A DNA stretch of 64,000 bases from Octopus vulgaris (Eukaryota), in assembly GCA_951406725.2 (NCBI GenBank), contig OX597825.1, forward strand, positions 14,012,001 to 14,076,000. Direction: 5' to 3'. The notes under the pieces were generated by a model. The model was not told the DNA's origin. It saw nothing but the letters and a program-made list of their open reading frames with translations, and did not search any database. Positions 51,521 through 64,000 of this stretch are shown here, one piece after another. The position numbers and the translations under genes were made by a program. The number at the start of each line of letters is the position of its first letter. The first letter of the stretch is position 1.

Positions 51521-52270
51521 ATGAGTAATTCTTCAGTTTAATGTTAAATTTCCATTATAACTTAACATAAAAACAAACATTAACAGACGTCTGTGTATAT
51601 ATATATTTATATATATATATATATATATACATATATATATGTACAAATATATATATATATATGTATTTATATATATATATATATGTGTGTGTGTCTGTAT
51701 GTCTGTATATATATACACACATACACACACACATACATACACACACACACACACACATACACACATGTACATATATATGTGTGCATGTAGGTGTGCTTTT
51801 GTGAATACAATATAATAAATGGAGGTAATATTTTCATGACATTTGATAGTTGAAATTACAAAATTTACCTAACCAGATAATCTTACTATTGACTGGTTCT
51901 ATTTCTTCCTAGAACAAACTCTAAAAGAGAATTGGAGGTACGTTTTCAAATAATACTCGGTCTTCCCTTAAAATTTCATACCAGTAAGTTAGCAATATTC
52001 CTTAAAGTATAGTTTCCTTGTAACCTGCAATTTTGGTGGAAGCAATTTCAGTTAAAAAAAAATGATTGTTAGTATCTAAGTACAGGTAAAAATGTAAGCA
52101 CATGCGTATGCATGTGTGTAGAAATGTACTTGTGTACATGAAAAATATACATGTAGATATATATATATATATGTGTGTATATATATACATACATATATAT
52201 ATATACATATATATATATACAAAATATATATACATATATATATATGCATATGTATATACATATATGTGTG

Positions 52271-52311
<41 letters not shown>

Positions 52312-52574
52312 AAATATGTGCATATGTTATGCCTATACATATATAATGTGTGAGTGTGTGTGAGCAGATGTATGGATATATGTGTGCATATATATATATA
52401 AATATATACATATATATGTTTTACATATGTGTGTGTCTATATTGGTTAAGTATCAATGCATTATGTTTGTGCATCTGCATATATATATGTATATATATAT
52501 GTATATATATACACATATATAATTATATATATATGTATATATATATATGTATATATATACACATATATAATATA

Positions 52575-52629
<55 letters not shown>

Positions 52630-52947
52630 TATACATATGCACATAAATGCTTTGACACACACCAATATTGAACACATTATTTCTTGATTGTGAAGTACTT
52701 TATGTGAGTCACTGGTTTATTGACAGGTAGTATATTTATTAGATATCTTTCATATTCAGTAGTCTTGAAGGCTTTATTGTTTTCATGCTTCAGGAGTATT
52801 CTACCTATAACTAGTAGAATTACTATGGTTTCTTTGATGAATGGATGGGTTGGAGCTGAATGGGTGAATGTGATTGCCTGGGCAACGCAATCGTTGGCTC
52901 TTAGCTAGCAAGCTGTTTATCTTCTCATCCAGTCGTTCACTTTTGGC

Positions 52948-52998
<51 letters not shown>

Positions 52999-53037
52999 CA
53001 CATATATATATATACATAGATATACATACATATATAC

Positions 53038-53126
<89 letters not shown>

Positions 53127-53805
53127 CATGTGAAAAAACTTTGCACTGTCAATATAAGTAACAACTGAACCATCTAAATTTAGGAGTATATATATGTATA
53201 TATCTAAATCTATCTGTATATATATATATATATATATATATGCATGTCTATATACATATATGTTTATATATGTATCTATATATATGTGTGTGTGTATATA
53301 TATATATATATATGCATGTATTTATACATATTCACACATATACTTACATCAATATATATGAATATATGTGTGTGTGCGTGCATGCATATGCTCACACAGT
53401 GCTGTGTAGAAATATGTTTATATGGACATAGATGGGTTGGTTGTGTGGTTTAGTGTATTAAAATCTAGTTAACATTAAAACGTGTCCATTATTTAATCTA
53501 TGTGAAAGTAAAATGTAAAGCTAGACACATATGAAACAGCTACCATTACTATATGTTCATGAGAAAGAACCGTGCTTTGAAGAGCGAAAATTGCAGCACA
53601 GCATATAAACATTATATATGTACATAGAAAATAAATTAATTATTCATATGTATAGCATACATATGGAATTTTTAGGGCATATATGTATGCATATATATAT
53701 CTGTATCTATCTATCTACACATATATATATATATATATATATGCTTACTACTTTGTTTTGAAGTCTATTTTTCAAATTACATTTACTGTAGTTGTCTCTG
53801 TGTGA

Positions 53806-53867
<62 letters not shown>

Positions 53868-54014
53868 CTCTATCTGTCTATCTCTGTATGAATGGTGCAT
53901 TTTAGAAGAAAATAGTGCAGAAAGTGTTAAAGGCTTGGAAAAGGTATAAGTTTCTTTCTGTAGTACAATTCAACTATACACCATATATATATATATATAC
54001 ATATATATACATAC

Positions 54015-54065
<51 letters not shown>

Positions 54066-54089
54066 GTATATATATAGATATATATGGTG

Positions 54090-54125
<36 letters not shown>

Positions 54126-55368
54126 CATAGATATATATATATATATATATATTGTCCATACATTTGTTGGTATAGATTATGATCACATGAAATTTTGAAT
54201 GTTTATTCCTGTATGTATATATATATACTCAAATACATGCTTGACATGCATACATAAATACTTACTTACATATATACATACTTGTATATATATGTATGTA
54301 TGTATGTATTTATGTATGTACACACACTACACACACACGCACACATGTTTGTACATAACTAAATATGCATGTATTCATGTTCACAGTTGTGTTTCTTTGT
54401 TGAAAAAAAGTATGAAATGAGAATTTTGTGTAATATTAATTAATTGCAATCATTAGATGGAAACGGAATTAATGAAGGAACGACTGCAGTGAGAACACGA
54501 AGACATCCAAAAGTGTATTGATGATAGCTGTAATAGACCATGAAACATCAAGGATTTTCATGAATAGCATCAGCAGGAATGAACATTTAGCTCTAATCAA
54601 AAAATATCAAAATACAAACAGATTTTTTTCAAAAAAAATTCTCTGTATGTAAATGACAGCAGTTTCACATTTTAGACACTCCTGGTTAACTAAGTGACTG
54701 TGGTTATAATTATAAATATATTACAAAAAAAAAATATATATTTTTTTTCTATCATCAAATTATGAATGAATGGGAAAGAAGAAAACATTTAATAACATTT
54801 TACAGAAAGACAGAAAGAAAAAAAAATGAAGATAATTTTATTCATTAATGTTTTTCTTCCTTCAAACTGGAAAAGAGTAAAAAAAAAAAAAATCTATAAA
54901 TTTCTTAGAATGTGAAAAGAGAAATTTTAAAAAAATGAATGTTTTGAAAATAAAAAAAATAGAAATTTCAAAAATTTGTAAAATGAATTACTAAAAAAAA
55001 AAAAGAAACAAAAAAACAAAGCTCAATTAATCAAAATACTGTCCGTGCCTTCAGCAAAGTTTTGATGTTTTCAAATAATAATAATAATAATATTAATTAT
55101 TAAAACAATAATTATAATAATAATGATAATAAAGATAACAGAATTGCACTACAAATGATAGTCAGACTTACACACATAAAAAATAGCATTCGTTTACAGG
55201 AAATACAGAAAACAGCATATATACACACATCTACACATAGATTTAGAAATAAACATAGAACATTGTAGAGAACTTATGTATATATTTATAATATATATGT
55301 GCATGTGTGTGTGTTCATACACACATATATCAATATATATATACATATATATATACACACACACACAC

Positions 55369-55406
<38 letters not shown>

Positions 55407-55453
55407 ACACTTTTGCAAACCTATACTCACACACATATATATGTAAATATGTA

Positions 55454-55503
<50 letters not shown>

Positions 55504-55516
55504 CATATTTACATAC

Positions 55517-55567
<51 letters not shown>

Positions 55568-55703
55568 AATATGTATATATATATACATATAAACACACAT
55601 ACATATATATACGAATATATGTGTGTGTATCTATATATGTAAATATGTATATATATATATATATGCATACATATATGTATATATGTGTGTATGTATATAT
55701 GTG

Positions 55704-55746
<43 letters not shown>

Positions 55747-56653
55747 CATTCAGATATACAATTTTCACTTCAATTTAAGTCGTACAACATACTAAACTAT
55801 AGACTCAAAGTACAATCTACATAAATGCAAGCACACAGTTTCTTCTCTGTCTCTGCCTCTCTCACATGCACATACACACACATATAATATATAGAGACTA
55901 AGTATTATAATTATTGCCACCAAAATCAGCCATACTAATGAAATTGTGAATATATAATAATCATAAAAATAATGAAAAGAACAATCAAAAATAAAACAAA
56001 AAATGAACACATGAACACTGATTAAAATAGTTATTCTTATAATTTTATAGAATTATTATGTGTAGAAACAATGGTTTAGAAGTCTTTAAGGGAAAAGAAG
56101 AACAAATGAAATTATGTTAATAACTTTCAATACAATATGGATTGATTAAAATAAAATATTTGTAAGGCCCTCCTTCCAGTTACCTGGAAATTCATAAGAT
56201 GTCCACACACCTCACTTCAAAATGTGCTTCAACTTGAACCACTGACAGAGGAAACAATGAAAGTTTAGAAACAATAAAGTTAACATCAAACATTTATTCC
56301 AATAATAGAATGGAATTTATTGCAAAGAATTAAAACTCACATGTAATTTGGCAAAAAACTTGCATTTTAAAAAAAAAAAAAATTATTTTATTTCGTGTTT
56401 ATTTTTTCCTTTGATAACCAGCTTTTCATTTATATATACTCATTTTATCAAGCATACATACATACATGCATATATAAAAATACACTTTCATTATTATGTT
56501 ATTTCATTTATTATAGCAGTCATTACAATAATAATGATTATTATTATTATTTTTAATATTATCGTTAGTTCCTCTCTCATCAGTTTTTTTAACTGATACT
56601 TTATATTTATATTCCCCCATAGCTCATGACTTTTACTCAAACTCATTTATGTG

Positions 56654-56714
<61 letters not shown>

Positions 56715-56787
56715 ATATATAATATATGTATGTATGTGTGTATGTATATATATATAGACTCATACATTTATATATATATATATATAC

Positions 56788-56842
<55 letters not shown>

Positions 56843-57139
56843 CACACACAAACTTAGTTTTTGCTCAGTATAACATAGCCAACCCCAGTTATATATCATT
56901 ACAATGTACTTCCTTTGTACTTATTCTAATTATCATTATTAATATTATTATTATTATTACTATTATTATAAAGTTATGTTTAATTTTGATACCTATTCTA
57001 GTAAATATCTCGATATCAGGAAATATACTGTGTCTCCGAGGTATTAGACACAATTTCTTATGATTTACATCAGGTATGCATAATAATTAGCTTACATGAT
57101 TTATTATTACTATTATCATTATTATTTTATTATCATTAC

Positions 57140-57199
<60 letters not shown>

Positions 57200-58433
57200 T
57201 ATTATTATTATTATTATTTGCCCTAATCATTAAAAGAAAGTGTTGTTCTTTTTTTGAAATTTCTCTTCAGTTAACTGACTTCAATTGATACTGCGTTCTT
57301 TTATTATTTTTAATACTACTATTTTACGTTACTTAAAAATTGTCAGAAAAAAAAAGAAGAAAAAAAACATTTGTAAAAAAAAAACACAAACAAACAAAAA
57401 ATCCACTTGTTCTCAATTGAAAACATAAAACATAAAAGCCTATAATTTGTGTCAATTTTCGTTCAATTAACTATTACGAACTCCGATATAAATAAACAAT
57501 ATTATTATTAAAATAACTGGAGATTCCATTCTTGTTTTTTTTTTAACCATTCTGTTATTTTTTTTAACCTCTACTCTTTTTCAAAGTTAGTGGAACTTGA
57601 TACCAATTCCACGTTCATTTGGAAAGAGGTTTGCATTTAATGTTATCTGTTTTTTATTATTATTTTTTTTATTAATTTTTTTTTTCAATTTCCCCTTTAT
57701 TTTCTTATTTTCACCCTTTCATTGTTGTCGGGGTGTAAAAATAAAAAAAACAAAAAAAGCCCAAATTATTGAATCAGCAGGTTTTACAAGGAATATATTT
57801 CTATTAGAACATAACCAACCTTCACACAGCTAATTTGGATTATGAAATTTAGATCTGTACTTGGTCCACTAGAGTGCAAACCGGTCGACACCCAAACACA
57901 GAGCTAAACAAAAATACAACGGACAAACACATACATTCATAAATGCAAACGCAGATCTTATATATTTGCATTTATCACTTTGCAAATGTCCATAGGCATT
58001 TTGTTGGCTCACAACTCACCATACATACACATATATATATATATATATATGTGTATGTGTGCGTGTGTGTGTTTGTGTGGGCATACATACATATAAATAT
58101 ATATATGTATACATGAATATTCATGTATGTGTGTGTGTGTGTATGTATACATATATATAAGTTCTGTTAAAAATTCTTGAAACAGTCACAATATTTGAAA
58201 AATGATTTTCGTAGAAAGAAATCTTAAGAGAATGACACCAACTTTTCTTTTGTAAAGGTTCATATCATTTTTTTCCGATTTTTTTCAAATTTTTTGATAT
58301 AATTAATAAAATTCATTTTAAGAAAATCTTTGTTCAAATATATATATATATATATATATATTTATATTTATACACGCACACACATATATGTGTATATATA
58401 TATATACATACTATATATATATGTGTATAAATA

Positions 58434-58479
<46 letters not shown>

Positions 58480-59292
58480 TGAATGTAAATACACATATAC
58501 CTGTGTGTATTGTGCATTATGTTCCATAGGTGTGTATGCGAGTGTGTATGAATCTGCATGAATATATATATATATACATATCTATATATGCATATAATGG
58601 CATCTTCCGTGTTGGCATAGCCCTTCGCCTGGGTTCGGATGTGTACCGAATGTATGTATATGGATGTGCATGTGTGTATATATATATATATATATAACAT
58701 ATATATATGTATATATATATATATATGTATATATGTTATATATATATTTATATACTATATATTTGTTATATGTATATTTGTATACTATATATGTTTGTGC
58801 ATCTAGGTATGTGTATACATATATATATATATATATACACACATGCTCATGTGTAGATTTTTCCTACAGCTGAACACATATTCCCCTCTCCTCCTGTAAC
58901 CTTAAACTATATAACCAAATTCATGTGAAGATAAAATAATAATGATCATGATCTAAGTGAGATAAAATTATATTTGACTTTTATTTAAAAAAAAAAAAAT
59001 TGCATCTCCACACATCTTCACAGAATGTTAATCTTCTTAAGAGTAATATGTTTACTACGCATGGTTTACTTAAACAATTTCAATTTTGATATATTTTAAG
59101 ACTATTTGAAAAATAAAAATGAAAATTAGGTTCATGAAAAACAAATAAAAGCCAATTCTAAAATATTTGTCGTTTCTTTTATTTATTTGCTTAATGTTCT
59201 GTCTCTCTTTCTCTCTCTCTCACTCTCTCTTTCTCTTTCTCTCACTCTGTTTCTCTTATTGTTTGCTTGCTTTTGGTTGTTTTTAATAATGT

Positions 59293-59586
59293 TCTTCATT
59301 ATTTGACGTCCCCTTTTCCATGCTTGCATGGGTCAGGGGGAATTTGTTGAGGCATATTTTCTACGGCTGGAAGCCCTTCCTGTCAACAACCTTCACCTGT
59401 TTCCTTGCAAATATTTTCCTATGACTGGACATGGTTTTCACGGAAGACAGGAAACAGATATCGCTTGTATAACGGTGATACTCATTTACAGACGGTATAT
59501 GATGTCTAGACAAAGTTATACATTGACGCACACACATACATACACACAGACATCACGTTTCTTTCAATTCACATCTACCAAATCCA
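59293..59586 (-). mobile_element. D2 tail plus SINE-A body remnant
   Basis: Colinear with 32821-33100. Confidence 0.7.
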
Positions 59587-60025
59587 TTTATATAGATATA
59601 TATAAAAGACAAAATGGGACAAGAACGCAAAACATCCGGACAACTAGGTGATACAATAAGGGACAACAAAACATCCAGATAGACGATACAAAAAAAACAA
59701 TGACGGGTCATTCGAAGCCTTTTATCTTCAGTCAAGAACCGGATCATCCTCGCAATTTCGGCTGATTAATCTTGAGATTGCTCCAATCTGGCCAGCCCCA
59801 AGGAAAAACTAATCTAAGAACATTAGATTCCTTGGAAAAAAGCATCGAATGTATACGAAAACAAGGACGGAAAAACAGACAATGTTACACGAATATAAAT
59901 ACAAAAATACAATAAAAATAACAATAATAGTAATAACAGGATATAACAACAGGCGTCTTTCGACTGGAGACGAATTGAATTCAGCTGGCGTGTCTGGAAA
60001 TGAAGCAGAGGGAAGAATATCGATG

Positions 60026-60077
<52 letters not shown>

Positions 60078-61254
60078 CTGTTCAGTATCTACGTGTTGAA
60101 TAAAATTTATCTTTCTACTTGTTTTATAAGTTTTTCAAGTGGTAGTGATGAAAACAAGTCACCAGGAAACCACTGCACGATTTTGACAATGTCTCTTGGG
60201 CAAAGATTTTATATATGCTGATGCTATGAGCAAAATGGTTTTTACCTTTTGGCTGTATCACTGGATTTGCTTTTATGTCATATATATTGCTGGATAGAAT
60301 GGAAGTATAAAGAGAAATCACAAGTTTCACAAAAAAAAAAATGTGTGACTGTTGCACCAGATCTATGCAAATTTGACAAACAAGAGAGTGTGACTCTTCA
60401 CAAACTATACCCTCTGTAATAATGAATCCTTGCTGTCATGCGAGGTAATGTTTTTGAGAGTTTATGAACAGCTGAGTAAACCTCTGCAGCGTATCTGGAG
60501 GAAGAGACACTAAGTTGGATATGTATGGTTATACTTTAACCAATAATTGTCATCCCTTGCAGTTCCATGGATGCTGCGAACATGTTGACTTGTTTTTCGT
60601 CTGTAGTGTGTCTGTAACTGAAGAGGTGGTAAGTATACTTGAAGCTAGGCACTTGCTTCTGGAAACAGTCCGAGCATAGCAGAAGGGGTTAAGTTTCTGT
60701 CGCTACAATATCTTTGGCCAACGACGATAAAGGCGATGAAACAGATAGTAATTGGATAGATATGAAAGATGGATAACACGACTAGATAACAAGACATTCA
60801 TGTTAACTACGTTTCTAGAATAAGATGCATTTGCTGCTGGGAGCAACAGCAAAAGATAAAATGCTGATTAAACATGTGTTAGTGCTTGCAGTCTTGAGCA
60901 GAAAAAACAACTTTATTATAGAGCTAGGACATATCAACAGGATACATTTATCACAGATCTCCTTTGCTCTAATAGTTTTGGGGATTGTAGCAAAGATTAG
61001 ATTTTTCATCATGACAAGAAACTAAAGCAAGTTATTAAAAAGGAATTCTATAGAATTGGAAGTATTAATTTATACCAATTCTTGTCTAAGGTAACAATTG
61101 TAACGAGTGATTCCTTCTGATACAATATTCTTCTGTTTATTGTCCTATTTGGGGTTGGTCATCTTCTGCCAATTAAACACATTCACTATTTATTTGATCG
61201 CTACATTTGATTCATTATTATTATTATTATTATTATTTTAAACTTTTAATCTAC

Positions 61255-62210
61255 ATGCCTATTACAATCACTTGCCGAGACACACCCAGCGTCCTGTCTT
61301 TAGTTGCCAGGTTGTGCAGTATGGTGGGATGGGGCTGTTATTACTCCGTTCACGTTTTCTGTTGAGGCTTAGTTTATTTTTTATTATGTGTGTGTCCTTG
61401 TGTCCATAAGATCCTAACATTTATGTTATCAACCGAGCCTCTATGTTCTAGATGAACATGTTGGTATACTTTGACGAGCTTTTCTCTCTGAGTTCCCACC
61501 AGTGTTCACTTATTCTCTCGCCCATGCTACTCGCTGTGTATCCATTGTACGTCGTCTTCCTGCCTCTGTACCATCCTTCTGTACAACTTATACTACGGAC
61601 TACTTCTTCGTTTTACACTTTGTCTATGGGCTTACTCTACACACTATACAGATCCTATCCATACAGGAGTTTCTATCAAATGAGTATGTTCCACAGATCA
61701 AGGATTTTATGGGGGCTGCTGGACTTTCTACTACTCCAATCTGTAGATTTGTCTTACGTAAGATTTTTCTGAAATGATACGCTAGCTCGCCAGCAGGGTT
61801 AGCATCGACGAACATGATATTTTTAGTTGTCATACCACAGGTTGGCCTTACTCACTTTCCTCTTAGTTCTTTCTAGCTATTTCAAGATTTACTTCTGTAT
61901 AGTGGGCATATCCTATTTGCGTCATTCTCTATGATGGTCTTAAATTTTGCCATGGCTCATTTGCACACCTTGATCCTCTCTCTTAAGCTGTACGCAGAGA
62001 ACTGCATGCGGTGGATAAAGTGTTGGGTCGCATGTGTGGAACACATTTTCCATCCCCTTAGTGAAATCGGCCATTAAGATGTTGAACTTGGACCAGGTAT
62101 TAGGAGGCCACGGGTTTGGCATAGTGCGAATAAAGGATTTGGATCTTGTTATTCCTAGTTTCCAGCCAGAGTTCAGTGTCTATTCAGTGTCTTCTATTTC
62201 TTACGTAAAA
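61255..62210 (-). pseudogene. Decayed Penelope-like retroelement (RT thumb/linker and GIY-YIG endonuclease)
   Basis: Across frameshifts: PLYRSK, MFVDANPAGEL, CxxxxCxxC…C, VVRSISC, YNGYTASSMGE/RISEH, HVHLEH, LNRKRE, paralleling VVY.I.C…YIGET.RS..ER..EH…H…H…LN.K.E. Confidence 0.7.
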
Positions 62211-62333
62211 ATATAGGTTTATATCATATGATCTCTTAGATAATTACAACATGTAACTCTCATAAATGTACTTGAAACACAAGTTATTCAGTCCTACTCA
62301 TTCCAGTGTAGATAACAGACTTTATTTGACGAT

Positions 62334-62727
62334 AGTGAGTCTGTCTTCGTTAGCACGCCGGGCGAAATGCTTAGCGGTATTTCGTTTGTCTTTACGTTCT
62401 GAGTTCAAATTCCGCCGAGGTCGATTTTGCCTTTCGTCCTTTCGGGGTCGATAAATTAAGTACCAGTGGCGCACTGGGGTCGATGTAATCGACTTAATAC
62501 CTATGTCTGTATTTGTTTGTCCCCTCTATGTTTAGCCCCTTGTGGGTAATAAAGAAATAGGTATTTCGTTTGTCTTTACGTTCTGAGTTCAAATTCCGCC
62601 GAGGTCGACTTTGCCTTTCATCCTTTCAGGGTCGATAAACTAAGCACCAGTTTGTGTTCTGGGATCGATCTAATTGACTGGCCCCCTCCCCCAAAATTTC
62701 GAGCCTTATGCCTAGAGTAGAAAAGAT
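62334..62727 (+). mobile_element. SINE family B with duplicated body
   Basis: ggtatttcgtttgtctttacgttctgagttcaaattccgccgagg occurs twice (~62376 and ~62560). Confidence 0.88.
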
Positions 62728-63158
62728 TGTGTGCTACAAGGACAAGGCTCAATGGGAAAGTTCTGTACAACATTCTCCCAAAACAGATTGACGCGTAAGC
62801 TATCTAAGATATAAAACCTGCTCCTACTTGCTTAATTGATTTTTATGTCAGAGGAACTGATGAAGAAGTGACTGGCTATTCAATATCTACAACTTGTCAT
62901 TCTCTTAAACCACCACATAAATATTGTTGTCTGAGCGCATCGTTTCCTATGTTTCTGCTGAACAAGTCTCAACAACTTTCTTTGTCCATTTATTGCAACG
63001 CTTTCTTTTGATATTATTGGGCCTTCTCCAAATCGATTACTATCTTATCTGTCTAGTCTGTCTAAATTAGGTGTCCGGGTTTACTCAGTCCGGCTTACAT
63101 ATATCTTGTGTTAGCTCTATAAACTAGACAACGATAGAACATGAAAAAGCCTGACTTT

Positions 63159-63531
63159 TGGAAGCACTCCGTCGGTTACGACGATGAGGGTTCCGGTTGA
63201 TCCGAATCAACGGAACAGCCTGCTCGTGAAATTAACGTGTAAGTGGCTGAGCACTCCACAGACACGCGTACCCTTAACGTAGTTCTCGGGGATATTCAGC
63301 GTGACACAGAGAGTGACAAGGCCGGCCCCTTGAAATACAGGTACAGAAACAGGAAGTAAGAGTGAGAGAAAGTTGTGGTGAAAGAGTACAGCAGGGATCA
63401 CCACCATCCCCTGCCGGAGCCTCGTGAAGCTGTAGGTGTTTTCGCTCAATAAACACTCACAACGCCCAGTCTGGGAATCGAAACCGCGATCCTATGACCG
63501 CGAGTCCACTGCCCTAACCATTGTGCCTCCA
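63159..63531 (-). mobile_element. SINE family C, near full length
   Basis: Reverse complement of 37735-38120. Confidence 0.92.
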
Positions 63532-64000
63532 TACAAAGCATGACTAGGCTATCCATCACAACAGGGAAAGATGTCTACGTTTATGTAACTCATTGACATT
63601 TTAATATCTAACCTCAATTCCAACGATGCTAACGTATCCAAGTTAATAAAGTCATTTGCGTAGTATCCCCAAGCATAATATATTATAGATTTGACTGCAA
63701 TAGTTCGAAATATTTGAACTGTATAATAAGAAATTAATGTAATCAGCCATGCTCTGAGATAAGCAAGAATCATAATATTTCTATATAAGAATGAAACCTG
63801 GAATGGTTTCATACCTCCTCTTCTGTTAATAGTAAAAGTTTAAGCGATTAAAAGCATTTAACTTGGAACTATATGAATAATAAACACTTACTGAATGGTA
63901 AGAATAAACTATACTCATAAGTGTTATAAAACAATTTAGCTATGATTCAAAATCACTTGACAACCGATGCCGGTGTCTTTACGTCCCCGTAACTTAGCGG

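Noticed and set aside
55045-55051. miR-124 seed match GTGCCTT (and TGCCTTA at 50238) in the putative 3'UTR
   Set aside because: Single 7-mers in 12 kb are expected by chance; conservation cannot be assessed here.
59590-60028. Possible hammerhead in this repeat-like segment (minus CTGAAGA…GAAT; GGCTG…CAGCCGAAA)
   Set aside because: Core and stems cannot be assembled into one valid fold; single copy in the window.

Overview
AT-rich, microsatellite-saturated animal genomic DNA. The SINE families and repeat style point to a coleoid cephalopod, most likely Octopus (recognition from memory, not a database result). Almost all ORFs in the supplied track are artefacts of (TA)n/(CA)n/(AAT)n/(CAT)n/(GATA)n repeats or of SINEs. 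Bases 1-45 kb look like a large intron packed with tRNA-derived SINEs (here called families A, B, C), RTE-tailed elements (D/D2), R4/Dong-type LINE 3' ends in (TAA)n, piggyBac-type MITEs and Tc1/mariner relics. A + strand phase-1 terminal exon at 44934-45076 encodes a GPI-signal-like C-terminus and is followed by about 12 kb of SINE-poor sequence, a putative very long 3'UTR. A decayed Penelope-like element with a GIY-YIG region lies at about 61.3-62.2 kb. The most notable signal is that five unrelated short repeat families carry minimal hammerhead-ribozyme-like motifs, several with non-canonical cores and several as large palindromes. One of these is a head-to-head pair of tRNA-headed SINEs with a canonical CUGAUGA...GAAA core (17853-18464). 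A candidate spliced antisense transcript lies at 0.6-4.7 kb. Repeat boundaries are approximate unless a TSD or TIR is given.
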